The notes beneath the pieces are model-generated. The model saw nothing but the letters and a program-made list of their open reading frames with translations. It was not told the origin of the DNA and did no database searches. From assembly GCA_963823345.1 (NCBI GenBank), contig CAWGLE010000004.1:513166-577165 (forward strand): a DNA stretch of 64,000 nt, in the 5' to 3' direction. Shown here one piece after another: positions 1 through 8,009 of the stretch (positions within the stretch are counted from its first letter, which is position 1; each line of letters starts with the position of its first letter). Source of the DNA: Candidatus Sulfomarinibacteraceae bacterium. GTDB lineage: Bacteria > Acidobacteriota > Thermoanaerobaculia > Thermoanaerobaculales > Sulfomarinibacteraceae. A program made the translations under genes and the position numbers.

Positions 1-480
1 ACCTCATCGGCGCGCGGGCAGTTCGCAAGCTCGAGTGAACGCTGGGAGGCCTTCGGTGGGCTGGCGTGGGCAAAGGACCCGTTCACCGGGTACGACTCGC
101 AGACCGTAGCCTCGATCGGCGCGACCTACCTCGCCATTGAGAAGGAACGGACCAAGTTGGCGTTTGATGGCGGTCTCGCCTACACCTGGGAAGACCAGGT
201 TTCGCCCGACGCACAGGTCGACTACCTGGGCGGGCTCTTCGGTCTCACGTTCGAGTGGAAGCTGGGTGAAAAATCGAAGCTCGTCGAACGTCTGGTGTTT
301 CTGCCGAACTTCGACAACTCCACCGACTGGCGACTGACGTCGTTCACTGCCATCGAGGCGGACGTCAACTCGTGGATGGCTCTTCGTTTCGGGTATGACA
401 TCCGCCACCGCAATCAGCCGATCGGCGACGCCGACAAGACCGACACCACGTCCACGGCCTCCGTCGTGTTCAAGTTCTAG
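1..480 (+). CDS. Outer-membrane beta-barrel protein, DUF481/YdiY-like, C-terminal part (5' end outside window)
   Basis: Frame 1 is open from nt 1 to the stop at 478-480. The translation ...FDGGLAYTWEDQVSPDAQVDYLGGLFGLTFEWKL...RFGYDIRHRNQPIGDADKTDTTSTASVVFKF* has an alternating beta-strand pattern and a terminal Phe typical of OM barrels. Family assignment is from memory. Confidence 0.6.
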   Translation, partial: TSSARGQFASSSERWEAFGGLAWAKDPFTGYDSQTVASIGATYLAIEKERTKLAFDGGLAYTWEDQVSPDAQVDYLGGLFGLTFEWKLGEKSKLVERLVFLPNFDNSTDWRLTSFTAIEADVNSWMALRFGYDIRHRNQPIGDADKTDTTSTASVVFKF

Positions 481-499
481 AAGAAACGGGGAGATTTTC

Positions 500-1321
500 G
501 TGGAACAGTCGCAACAGTTACTCGACGCGGCCTGGAACATGGTCGTCAACCACTACCTCGACGTGGTTTCCGCCATCGTCATTTTCGCGGTCGGCCGGGT
601 CTTCGCCGGCTGGGCCCGCAAGCTGACCCGCAGGGCCCTCGAACGCGGCAACGTGGACGCGACCCTGGTGCCGTTTCTGGCCAAGCTCGTCTACTACGCG
701 GTGCTCGCCGTTGTCGTGATCGCCGTCCTCAACCGGATCGGGATTGCGACGACCTCTGTCGTGGCCATCTTCGGTGCCGCCGGTCTCGCCGTCGGTCTCG
801 CGATGCAGAACACGCTCGCCAACTTCGCCTCCGGCGTGATGCTGCTGATTTTCAGACCGTTCAAGCTCGGCGATTTCATCGACGCGGGCGGGACGGCGGG
901 TGTGGTGCAGGAGATCGGTATCTTCAGCACGACTCTGAAGAGCCCCGACAACATCAAGATCACGGTGCCGAACTCGCAGGTCTACGGTTCGACGATTGCG
1001 AACTACAACGGCTACGACACCCGGCGCATCGACATGGTGATGGGGATCTCGTACGACGACGACATCCAGACCGCCATCGACACCATCAGTTCGATCGTGG
1101 CCGCCGACGACCGGGTGCTTTCTGACCCGGAGCCGCAGATTGCGGTGTCGAGCCTCGGCGATTCATCGGTCGATATCGTGGTGCGACCCTGGTGCAATGC
1201 GGCGGACTACTGGGCCGTCCGTTTCGACCTCACGCGCAAGCTCAAAGAGGGTCTCGAAGGCGCCGGCTGCTCGATCCCGTACCCCCAGCGCGACATCCAC
1301 ATGCACCAACCCGCGAACTGA
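500..1321 (+). CDS. MscS-family mechanosensitive ion channel
   Basis: ORF track 395..1321. I prefer GTG 500, which lies 6 nt after GGGGAG (488-493). N-terminal TM helices are followed by ...LANFASGVMLLIFRPFKLGDFIDAGG..GVVQEIGIFSTTL.. (MscS beta-domain signature). Confidence 0.85.
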   Translation: MEQSQQLLDAAWNMVVNHYLDVVSAIVIFAVGRVFAGWARKLTRRALERGNVDATLVPFLAKLVYYAVLAVVVIAVLNRIGIATTSVVAIFGAAGLAVGLAMQNTLANFASGVMLLIFRPFKLGDFIDAGGTAGVVQEIGIFSTTLKSPDNIKITVPNSQVYGSTIANYNGYDTRRIDMVMGISYDDDIQTAIDTISSIVAADDRVLSDPEPQIAVSSLGDSSVDIVVRPWCNAADYWAVRFDLTRKLKEGLEGAGCSIPYPQRDIHMHQPAN

Positions 1322-1341
1322 ACTTATCCCGAACCACCTTC

Positions 1342-1372
1342 AACCGGGGCCGCAAGGCCCCGGTTTTGTTTT
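1342..1372 (+). terminator. Rho-independent terminator after the MscS gene
   Basis: AACCGGGGCC-gcaa-GGCCCCGGTT (10-bp perfect stem) followed by TTGTTTT. Confidence 0.85.
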
Positions 1373-1470
1373 CAGGCAGATCGAGCAGATATCGGGGTAT
1401 ACGCAAAGGCCGTTCACTGGCGACGCGCCAAAGGCGCGTCGGTTTTGCCTTCCGCGAGACAGGATGAACT

Positions 1471-1577
1471 GCATGGAATCGTAGGGTGGGCTTCAGCCCA
1501 CCATCAGAAGAGTGGACGTATGTGATGAACTCGAGGGGCTCGCTGCAGTTCCGAAGGTGGGCCAGGGCCCACCCTAC
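1471..1577. repeat. REPIN type 1, copy 1 (GTAGGGTGGGC..GCCCACC / GGTGGGCC..GGCCCACCCTAC)
   Basis: 107-bp element. It has two inverted GC hairpins with outward GTAG/CTAC heads (1481-1502 and 1556-1577). It is collinear with 10321-10427 (same length, same gcatggaatc leader) and related to 48195-48264. Confidence 0.8.
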
Positions 1578-1693
1578 CCATCGGACCTGGCCGCCCGGCG
1601 GCCAGGTCCTCGCCAGGGTTACGCGTCGGGATGTCGCCTCAGCGTCTTCGCGCCTTTGCGTTGAGATCCGAGATGTCTCCCGCGGTCCTGATG

Positions 1694-2239
1694 CTATTCG
1701 CCGGTCGCGATCAGCGCGCGATAGTCGTTCAACACCTCCGCGGCGTGGGTCTTGGGGTCGACGTCGGGATAGGTGACCAGGACGATGCCGTCGCCGCCGA
1801 CGAGATACGAGACGCGCTTGGCCATCGGGAGGAGGGCGCGAGAGGCGCCGACCCTTTTCGCCAACCCGTGGTCGCTGTCGGAAAGCAGCAGGAAGGGCAG
1901 CCCGTTTTTTTCGGCGAACTTCCGGTTCGCGTCCGGGGAGTCGTACGAAACACCGAAGACCTCGATACCCAGTGCCTGGAGTTCGTCCCAGCTGTCACGC
2001 AGCTGGTTGGCTTCGGTCGTTCAACCGGGGGTATCGGCCTTGGGATAGAAAAACAGCAGGAACGGCCGGCCCGTCAGGTTTTTGCTCGAGACGGTGGAAC
2101 CGTCGTGTGCAGGGAGTTCGAAATCGACGAATACCTCGCCTTCGGCAATCATCTCAGAGTCTCCTTCCGCCGACCCGGCGGGGGCGCCGGCGATCAATGC
2201 GACAGCGATCAGGATCGTGATGCAAGAAAGTGTCTTCAT
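1694..2239 (-). CDS. Secreted Bcp/AhpC-TSA peroxiredoxin with in-frame TGA at the peroxidatic Cys position (probable selenoprotein)
   Basis: The ORF track stops at TGA 2021-2023 after ...FLLFFYPKADTPG. The same frame continues without stops as TTEANQLRDSWDELQALGIEVFGVSYDSPDANRKFAEKNGLPFLLLSDSDHGLAKRVG...VLNDYRALIATGE* to TAG 1694-1696. The TGA therefore replaces Cys in the canonical PGCT motif. Signal peptide MKTLSCITILIAVALIAGAPAGSA starts at ATG 2239 (alternative ATG at 2275). Confidence 0.8.
1988..2006 (-). promoter_or_regulatory. Putative bacterial SECIS hairpin
   Basis: On the mRNA strand, 14 nt after the UGA: CCAGCUG-CGUGA-CAGCUGG (7-bp perfect stem, 5-nt loop containing GU). Confidence 0.55.
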
Positions 2240-2390
2240 GATGGAAAGGATAACAGCAGCGACGGGCCGATCCATTTCATCCTCGATCTTGACCGGCGGC
2301 GACGGGCCGCGCTAGCCTTCCGGTGCCGACTACAGCAACGAGTCCATCAGAAATGCGGGTTCGAGTCGCAGCGCGAGCGGAGGGAGCACC

Positions 2391-2663
2391 ATGGCAGGCA
2401 AGGCAGAAGTCGTGGATCGGGTCGCTGAACTGACGGGATACCCCAAAACCCAGGTGGCGATGACCTACGACCTTCTGTTCGAGCTCATCGGCGAGGGCCT
2501 GGCCGGCGGCGACAAGATCACCGTGCCCAACTTCGGGACCTTCATGATCTCGGAGCGCCCCGCCCGCCTGGGCCGCAATCCGGCGACCGGTGAGAAAATC
2601 GAGATTTCGGCCTCCAAGAGCGTTCGATTCAAGGTCTCGAAAAACCTCAAAGATCTGCTCTGA
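2391..2663 (+). CDS. hup: HU/IHF-family nucleoid DNA-binding protein
   Basis: 90 aa; ...GDKITVPNFGTFMISERPARLGRNPATGEKIEISASKSVRFKVSKNLKD.. is the classic HU arm. Confidence 0.9.
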   Translation: MAGKAEVVDRVAELTGYPKTQVAMTYDLLFELIGEGLAGGDKITVPNFGTFMISERPARLGRNPATGEKIEISASKSVRFKVSKNLKDLL

Positions 2664-2688
2664 AACCACTCCTCTTGCCGGGCCGGCG

Positions 2689-3141
2689 CTACTGCGGCAC
2701 CAGAAGGCGCCCGAGTTCGATCGAGAGCTGTTGTTCGAGCGGCAGGGCTGCCAGGGCTTCCTGGTCGATCCAGGGCCACCTCACCCGAGCCAGATTCTGC
2801 TGCGCTGTGGTCAACCCGGCCTTCATGGTGGTCGCCAGCAACTCCAGCGGCAGCCCGTTCTGAGCCTTCACCATCACTGCCGCCCCGCTGACCCGTTCGC
2901 CGCCGGGCATGGTACCGCGCATGACCCATGCCTGCTGCTGGTTGAAGTGGTACAGAAGCCGGTTCATGGGGTCGTTCCACAGGGCGAGGCGGGCCTCGGT
3001 CTGCGGGTCGCGGGGGAGCGTCATCGGGATCGAGTCGAGGTTGAGGGAGAAGGAGATCTCGCCCGCGCCGGCGGCAGCCGTCATGGCGAGAGTCAGGGTC
3101 AGAATGATGAGAACGCGTCGCACGGATATCTCCAGACCCAC
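2689..3141 (-). CDS. Hypothetical secreted protein
   Basis: 150-aa ORF with an N-terminal signal-like segment (VRRVLIILTLTLAMTAAAGAG). No motif recognised. Confidence 0.5.
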   Translation of the reverse strand: MGLEISVRRVLIILTLTLAMTAAAGAGEISFSLNLDSIPMTLPRDPQTEARLALWNDPMNRLLYHFNQQQAWVMRGTMPGGERVSGAAVMVKAQNGLPLELLATTMKAGLTTAQQNLARVRWPWIDQEALAALPLEQQLSIELGRLLVPQ

Positions 3142-3161
3142 TCTAGAGCCTTCTCACCGGA

Positions 3162-5237
3162 ATGGCCAGCGTCGGGTACACTTCCCCGGTGTTGATACGA
3201 ATACCGCACTTTTCGGGTTGGTGCCTGTCGGTTGGAGCCCTGATTCTCTGTGCGGCGCCGGTGTGGGCCGGCACGGCCGACTACGAGATCGAGGTCGAAC
3301 TGGAGGCCGCGAGCCACCGCCTCCAGGGCCGGGAAAAGGTTCGTTGGACCAACTCGACCGACACGCCCACCGCCGAGGTCTACCTCCACCTCTATCTCAA
3401 CGCGTTTTCGAGCTCGCAGACCACCTTCATGCGCGAGCTCGGGTGGAGGTCGCTGAGAAATCGGGTCGAGCCGACGGACAACTGGGGGTGGACCCGCATC
3501 GATCGCCTGGTCACGACCGAAGGCGACGACCTCCTGCCGGTGATGGAGTTCGTGCGGCCGGATGACGGCAACCCGGACGATTTCACCGTCGTCCGGGTAC
3601 CGCTGCCGCGGGAGGTCCCACCGGGGTCCTCGGTGGAGCTCGAAATTGAGTTCGAGGCCCAGCTGCCGTGGATTATCGCCCGCACCGGGTATGTCGACGA
3701 TTTCCACATGGTGGGGCAGTGGTTCCCGAAGCTCGCCGTTTTCGAGGGCGCCGACGGCTGGAACTGCCACCAGTTTCACGCCTCGTCCGAGTTCTATGCC
3801 GATTTCGGCTCCTACCGTGTGGCGATGACGATCCCCGAGGACTGGGTGCTCGGCGCTACCGGCATCGAGGCCTCGAACACTGCCGTCGACGGCGGCCGGC
3901 GGACCGTGGTTCACCGCGCCGAACGGGTCCACGACTTCGCCTGGTGCGCCGCGCCGCCGGACCTCATGGAGGTGATCGAAGCGGATTTCGAACCCGGCCG
4001 CGACGTCCCCGCGGCCTGGCTGACCAAGGCCCGGTCACGCCTCGGGCTCAGCGCCGCCGAGCTCGAGCTGCCGCCCATGCACATCCGGCTCATGGTGCCG
4101 GTGGTTCAGCGGAGTTTGGTGCCGCGGATGGTTCGTGCCGCGCGTCTGTCGGTCGCCTGGTTCGGACTCCATTACGGCGTCTACCCCTATCCCCAGCTGA
4201 CCGTCGTCTCGCCGCCGCGAGGGGCGGAGGAGGCCGGCGGCATGGAGTACGCCACCCTCATCACAACCGGCGCCGATCGGCTCGACGAGTTTCCCCCCTT
4301 CTCCTGGTCGTCCGACATCGAGGCCGTGACCGTCCACGAGTTCGGCCACCAGTACTTCCAGGGGATGCTGGCCTCGAACGAGTTCGAGGAGGCGTGGCTT
4401 GACGAAGGCATCACCAGCTACGCCGAGATCTCGTGCATGAGCGACATCGTCGAGGATCGGCTGGTGCCGGAGATTCGAGCCTTTCCGCAGTGGGGCGCCG
4501 AGCGTCTGGCGCTGGGGTACAGCTCGTTGCCACTCCAGATCGCGCGCAGGGCCTGGGAATATCGAAACCGCTGGATGTACTTCGTGGCGTCCTACGGCAA
4601 GACCGCTGTGGTGATGCGAAACGCGGAGGGTCTGATCGGGGCGGAAGCCATGGCGCGGGGCCTTCGCGCATATTTTGAGCGGTTCGCGTTTCAACACCCC
4701 ACCGGGGGCGACCTCGTGGCGACGTTGAGCGAGATCGCGGGGTATGACCTGCGGGGCTTTTTCGACCAGGCGATCTACTCCGATGCCACTCCCGACTGGG
4801 GCGTGCTCGAGGTGCGCCACCGGCGGCCGGAAGCGGGCGACGGTTTTGTCTGGGACGGCGGGGCGTGGCGGGAGGGCGAGGGTTCCGAAGAGCCGGACTC
4901 CGACGAGGGTGACGAGGATGACGGCGGACCGTGGCAGATCGAGGTGGATCTGGCGCGCCGCGGCGACTTCATCGGTCCGGTCGAGGTCGAGCTGACCTGG
5001 GACGATGGCTCGATCGAGCGGCGCCGGTGGGACGGCGACGAGCGCTGGGTGCGGTGGCGGTTCGAGGGCGGCCGCCGGCTTGAACAAGTCGTCGTCGACC
5101 CCGACGGGGTATGGGCTCTGGAGACCCTGCGCGCGGACAACTACTGGCGCGACAGACCCGCCCGAACCGAGCCGCCGCTGTGGTGGGTGCGGGAGATCAT
5201 GGGGCTCGTGGGCCAGGTCTTCTTGAGGTTCAGCTGA
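3162..5237 (+). CDS. M1-family zinc metallopeptidase (aminopeptidase N-like)
   Basis: 691 aa; gluzincin motif HEFGHQYFQGMLASNEFEEAWLDEG (HEXXH-X18-E); N-terminal signal-like region. Confidence 0.85.
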   Translation: MASVGYTSPVLIRIPHFSGWCLSVGALILCAAPVWAGTADYEIEVELEAASHRLQGREKVRWTNSTDTPTAEVYLHLYLNAFSSSQTTFMRELGWRSLRNRVEPTDNWGWTRIDRLVTTEGDDLLPVMEFVRPDDGNPDDFTVVRVPLPREVPPGSSVELEIEFEAQLPWIIARTGYVDDFHMVGQWFPKLAVFEGADGWNCHQFHASSEFYADFGSYRVAMTIPEDWVLGATGIEASNTAVDGGRRTVVHRAERVHDFAWCAAPPDLMEVIEADFEPGRDVPAAWLTKARSRLGLSAAELELPPMHIRLMVPVVQRSLVPRMVRAARLSVAWFGLHYGVYPYPQLTVVSPPRGAEEAGGMEYATLITTGADRLDEFPPFSWSSDIEAVTVHEFGHQYFQGMLASNEFEEAWLDEGITSYAEISCMSDIVEDRLVPEIRAFPQWGAERLALGYSSLPLQIARRAWEYRNRWMYFVASYGKTAVVMRNAEGLIGAEAMARGLRAYFERFAFQHPTGGDLVATLSEIAGYDLRGFFDQAIYSDATPDWGVLEVRHRRPEAGDGFVWDGGAWREGEGSEEPDSDEGDEDDGGPWQIEVDLARRGDFIGPVEVELTWDDGSIERRRWDGDERWVRWRFEGGRRLEQVVVDPDGVWALETLRADNYWRDRPARTEPPLWWVREIMGLVGQVFLRFS

Positions 5238-5238
5238 G

Positions 5239-6171
5239 ATGGTGGAACACCCGTCCCCCGTTGCCGGTTTCCGTCTGGCGCTGCGGTTGCACAAACTGGT
5301 GTTGGCCGTGTGGCTGGTGTCCATCGCCGTCTTTCTGCCGGCTCAGCTGATGGTGGATTTCGCCGCCGGGCCGGTTCTCGCCAACCTCCCGGAAAGCGGT
5401 CCTGCGCCGGGTGACAGCGTGTTGATCTTCGTCGAGCTCCTTCGCCCGATCGCGGTCCCGTTGGCCATCGCGCTCATCCTCGGGTGGGTGGCCCTCGCCG
5501 CCTGGTCGATCCTGTGGCACGCGGGGACGGTGCGCTGGTGGTTGGGTGCGGGCGCGGCGCGGGTGCGGCTGTCCGAGATTCTCGGCCACGGCGTCGTCTG
5601 GTGGTGGCGCTATGCCCGTCTCGCGGTTGTCGCGGGCGTGGCCGCGGCCGCCACCCTGGCCGCGGTGTGGTTGCCGGTAACGGACGCCGTGCGCGGCGGG
5701 GAGACTGAGACCACCGCGGGCCGCGCGGGGCTCATGCTGCTGGCCGCGGTCGTGATCTCCGCGTCGGCCCTCGCGATTTTTTGGATTGCGACCCTGCGCG
5801 GCGGATGGTTGCTCGGGGAGTCGGGGCGGCGCTCGGCCCTGGTGGCGTGGCTGAGGGGCCTCGGCGCGACCCTGAGGCGGCCCTTGCGGAGCTTTCTGCC
5901 GTTGCTGGTCTGGGGCGCTCCGGCTCTGCTGTTTCTCGCCGTCCCGCTGTTTGTGAGCGGCGTCATGGCGGTGCCTGCATTGATGGCGGCCTCTCTCGCA
6001 GCCGCCCTGTGCGGGGTGGCCTTCTACCTGTCCTACGCCCCGCGGGAGCCGAACGAGGAGTGGTACCGCAAGATGCAGGCCCGCGCCGCATCCCGCGTGG
6101 CGGCGCCGGCGGAGAAGGCGGACGCCTACCGGACGACGCGGATTCCAACGCAGCCACCGTTGGAACGTTAG
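5239..6171 (+). CDS. Multi-pass membrane protein, unknown function
   Basis: 310 aa; starts 1 nt after the peptidase stop; several long hydrophobic segments. Confidence 0.6.
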   Translation: MVEHPSPVAGFRLALRLHKLVLAVWLVSIAVFLPAQLMVDFAAGPVLANLPESGPAPGDSVLIFVELLRPIAVPLAIALILGWVALAAWSILWHAGTVRWWLGAGAARVRLSEILGHGVVWWWRYARLAVVAGVAAAATLAAVWLPVTDAVRGGETETTAGRAGLMLLAAVVISASALAIFWIATLRGGWLLGESGRRSALVAWLRGLGATLRRPLRSFLPLLVWGAPALLFLAVPLFVSGVMAVPALMAASLAAALCGVAFYLSYAPREPNEEWYRKMQARAASRVAAPAEKADAYRTTRIPTQPPLER

Positions 6172-6203
6172 AACGTTTCAACGTTGAACGTTCAAACGTT
6201 TCG
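6159..6203. repeat. Tandem 8-mer array (GTTNNAAC)n = AACGTT palindromes every 8 nt
   Basis: gttggaac gttagaac gtttcaac gttgaac gttcaaac gtttcgg. It spans the stop codon 6169-6171 of the membrane-protein gene. Same family as 49348-49387. Confidence 0.8.
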
Positions 6204-6277
6204 GGCACCTCCGCCGCACGAGGGCCTTTGTGCGGCCGGGACGGCCGCACCACAATGCTCCCGGATGGCGGTGGCCC

Positions 6278-6308
6278 GATTGTGGGGCAGCCGTCCCGGC
6301 TGCCGGGA
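6278..6308. repeat. REP hairpin family GGCAGCCG-nnn-CGGCTGCC
   Basis: ccgattgtggGGCAGCCGtccCGGCTGCCggg. The reverse complement recurs at 25861-25879, ~36380 (degenerate) and 43881-43899. Confidence 0.75.
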
Positions 6309-6318
6309 GGGTGGGTGG

Positions 6319-6353
6319 GAATTCCTAATTCCGAATTCCTAATTCCGAATTCA
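6319..6353. repeat. Tandem 7-mer array (GAATTCC/TAATTCC)n
   Basis: gaattcc taattcc gaattcc taattcc gaattca. The last unit contains the pckA stop codon (6351-6353, minus strand). Confidence 0.8.
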
Positions 6354-8009
6354 CTTCAGGTCTTTGAGCCTCTTCGGTCCCGCCGCCATGACCTCGGGTG
6401 GGCAGCCGGCTGCAAAGAGCTTGAAGTTCTCGATGTAGCGTGCAGCGAGCGCGTCGTAGCGCTTCCAGTACTCGTCCTTGTTACCCCAGGAGGTGGAGGG
6501 GTCCAGGACGTCCTCGGGGACTTCGGGGCAGGCCAGCGGCACTTCGAATCCGAAGAGCTTGTCCTTGCGGTACTCGACGGAGTCGAGCGCGCCCTCGAGA
6601 GCTGCATTGAGCAGGTTGCGGGTGTGGCGGATCGAGATCCGCTTGCCGACGCCCCAGCCGCCGCCGACCCAACCGGTGTTGACCAGCCAGCAGGTGGCGC
6701 CGTGCTTCTTCATCTTGGCGCGCAGCATGTCGGCGTACTGGAAGGGGTGGTGGACCATGAACGGCGCCCCGAAGCAGGCCGAAAAGGCGATCTCGGGCTC
6801 GATGCCGAGACCGATCTCGGTCCCTGCAATTTTCGAGGTGTAACCCGAGATGAAGTGGTAGACGGCGTGCTCGGGGTCGAGCCGCGCGATCGGCGGCAGC
6901 ACGCCCTGCGCGTCGCAGGTCAGGAGGATGACGTTTTTCGGGTGCGATTGGACCACGCCCTCGGGCACCACGTTGGGGATGAAGGAGAGGGGGTAGGCGG
7001 CGCGGGTGTTCTCGGTGAAGCGGTCGTCGTCGAGGTCGAGCCGCCGCGACGTGCGGTCCTGAACCACGTTTTCGAGGATCGTCCCGAAGCGCCGGGTCGT
7101 GGCGTAGATCTCGGGTTCGTGGTCGGCCGACAGCCGGATCACCTTGGCGTAACACCCGCCTTCGAAGTTGAACACACCGGTGTTCGACCAGCCGTGCTCG
7201 TCGTCGCCGATGAGCCGGCGTTTCGGATCGGCCGACAGGGTCGTCTTGCCGGTGCCCGAGAGACCGAAGAACAGCGCGACGTCGCCGGCATCGCCGACGT
7301 TGGCCGAGCAGTGCATGGACAGGACCTCGCGCAGCGGCAGCAGGAAGTTCATGACCGTGAACATGCTCTTCTTGATCTCGCCGCCGTAGCTCGAGTTGCA
7401 GATCAGGGCGAGACGCTCGGCGAAGTTGAGGATGATGGCGGTCTCCGACCGGGTGCCGTCGATCCGCGGGTCGACCCGGAACGAGGGCGCCGCGATCACG
7501 GTGAACTCGGGGACGTGGTTCTGGTACTCCTCCTGGGTCTTGGGCAGGATGAACATATTGCGCGCGAAGAGCGAGTGCCAGGCGAACTCGGTGATGACCC
7601 GGATCGGCATCCGGTAGTCGGGATCGGCGCCGACGAAGCAGTCCTGAACGAAGAGCTCCTCATCCTGGAGAAAGGCCTGGACGCGGGCCAGCAGCGACGA
7701 GAAGTTTTCGGGCGCGTAGGGACGGTTGTACTCCCCCCACCAGATCTTGTCCTGGGTCGAGCTCTCGCGGACGATGTACTTGTCCTGGGCGGCGCGGGCC
7801 GACCACTTGCCGGTATTGACCACGAACGGACCGCCGTGGGCGATGAATCCCTCCTGGCGGAAGGAGGCCTCTTCATACAGGGCGGGCTCGGGCAGGTTCC
7901 AGTACACGCGGTCGAGATAGACCAGACCGTTGTTCTTGAGCCCGTAGCGGCTCTTGAGGTCCTCGGCCTGGGCGGTCGCGGGGGTTTTGAACTTCAGGTA
8001 CTTGCTCAT
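6351..8009 (-). CDS. pckA: Phosphoenolpyruvate carboxykinase (ATP)
   Basis: 552 aa; kinase-1a loop FFGLSGTGKTTLS and full-length resemblance to ATP-dependent PEPCK. Confidence 0.95.
   Translation of the reverse strand: MSKYLKFKTPATAQAEDLKSRYGLKNNGLVYLDRVYWNLPEPALYEEASFRQEGFIAHGGPFVVNTGKWSARAAQDKYIVRESSTQDKIWWGEYNRPYAPENFSSLLARVQAFLQDEELFVQDCFVGADPDYRMPIRVITEFAWHSLFARNMFILPKTQEEYQNHVPEFTVIAAPSFRVDPRIDGTRSETAIILNFAERLALICNSSYGGEIKKSMFTVMNFLLPLREVLSMHCSANVGDAGDVALFFGLSGTGKTTLSADPKRRLIGDDEHGWSNTGVFNFEGGCYAKVIRLSADHEPEIYATTRRFGTILENVVQDRTSRRLDLDDDRFTENTRAAYPLSFIPNVVPEGVVQSHPKNVILLTCDAQGVLPPIARLDPEHAVYHFISGYTSKIAGTEIGLGIEPEIAFSACFGAPFMVHHPFQYADMLRAKMKKHGATCWLVNTGWVGGGWGVGKRISIRHTRNLLNAALEGALDSVEYRKDKLFGFEVPLACPEVPEDVLDPSTSWGNKDEYWKRYDALAARYIENFKLFAAGCPPEVMAAGPKRLKDLK

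Noticed and set aside
1584-1608. Hairpin GACCTGGCCG-cccgg-CGGCCAGGTC as the terminator of the peroxiredoxin gene
   Set aside because: It is a perfect 10-bp stem but has no U-tract on either strand. It sits ~85 nt past the stop, next to a REPIN, so its function is undetermined.
2345-2378. tRNA-like GGTTCGAGTC motif upstream of the HU gene
   Set aside because: The flanks do not form a T-stem (GCGGG vs CGCAG), and no acceptor or anticodon arms can be drawn.
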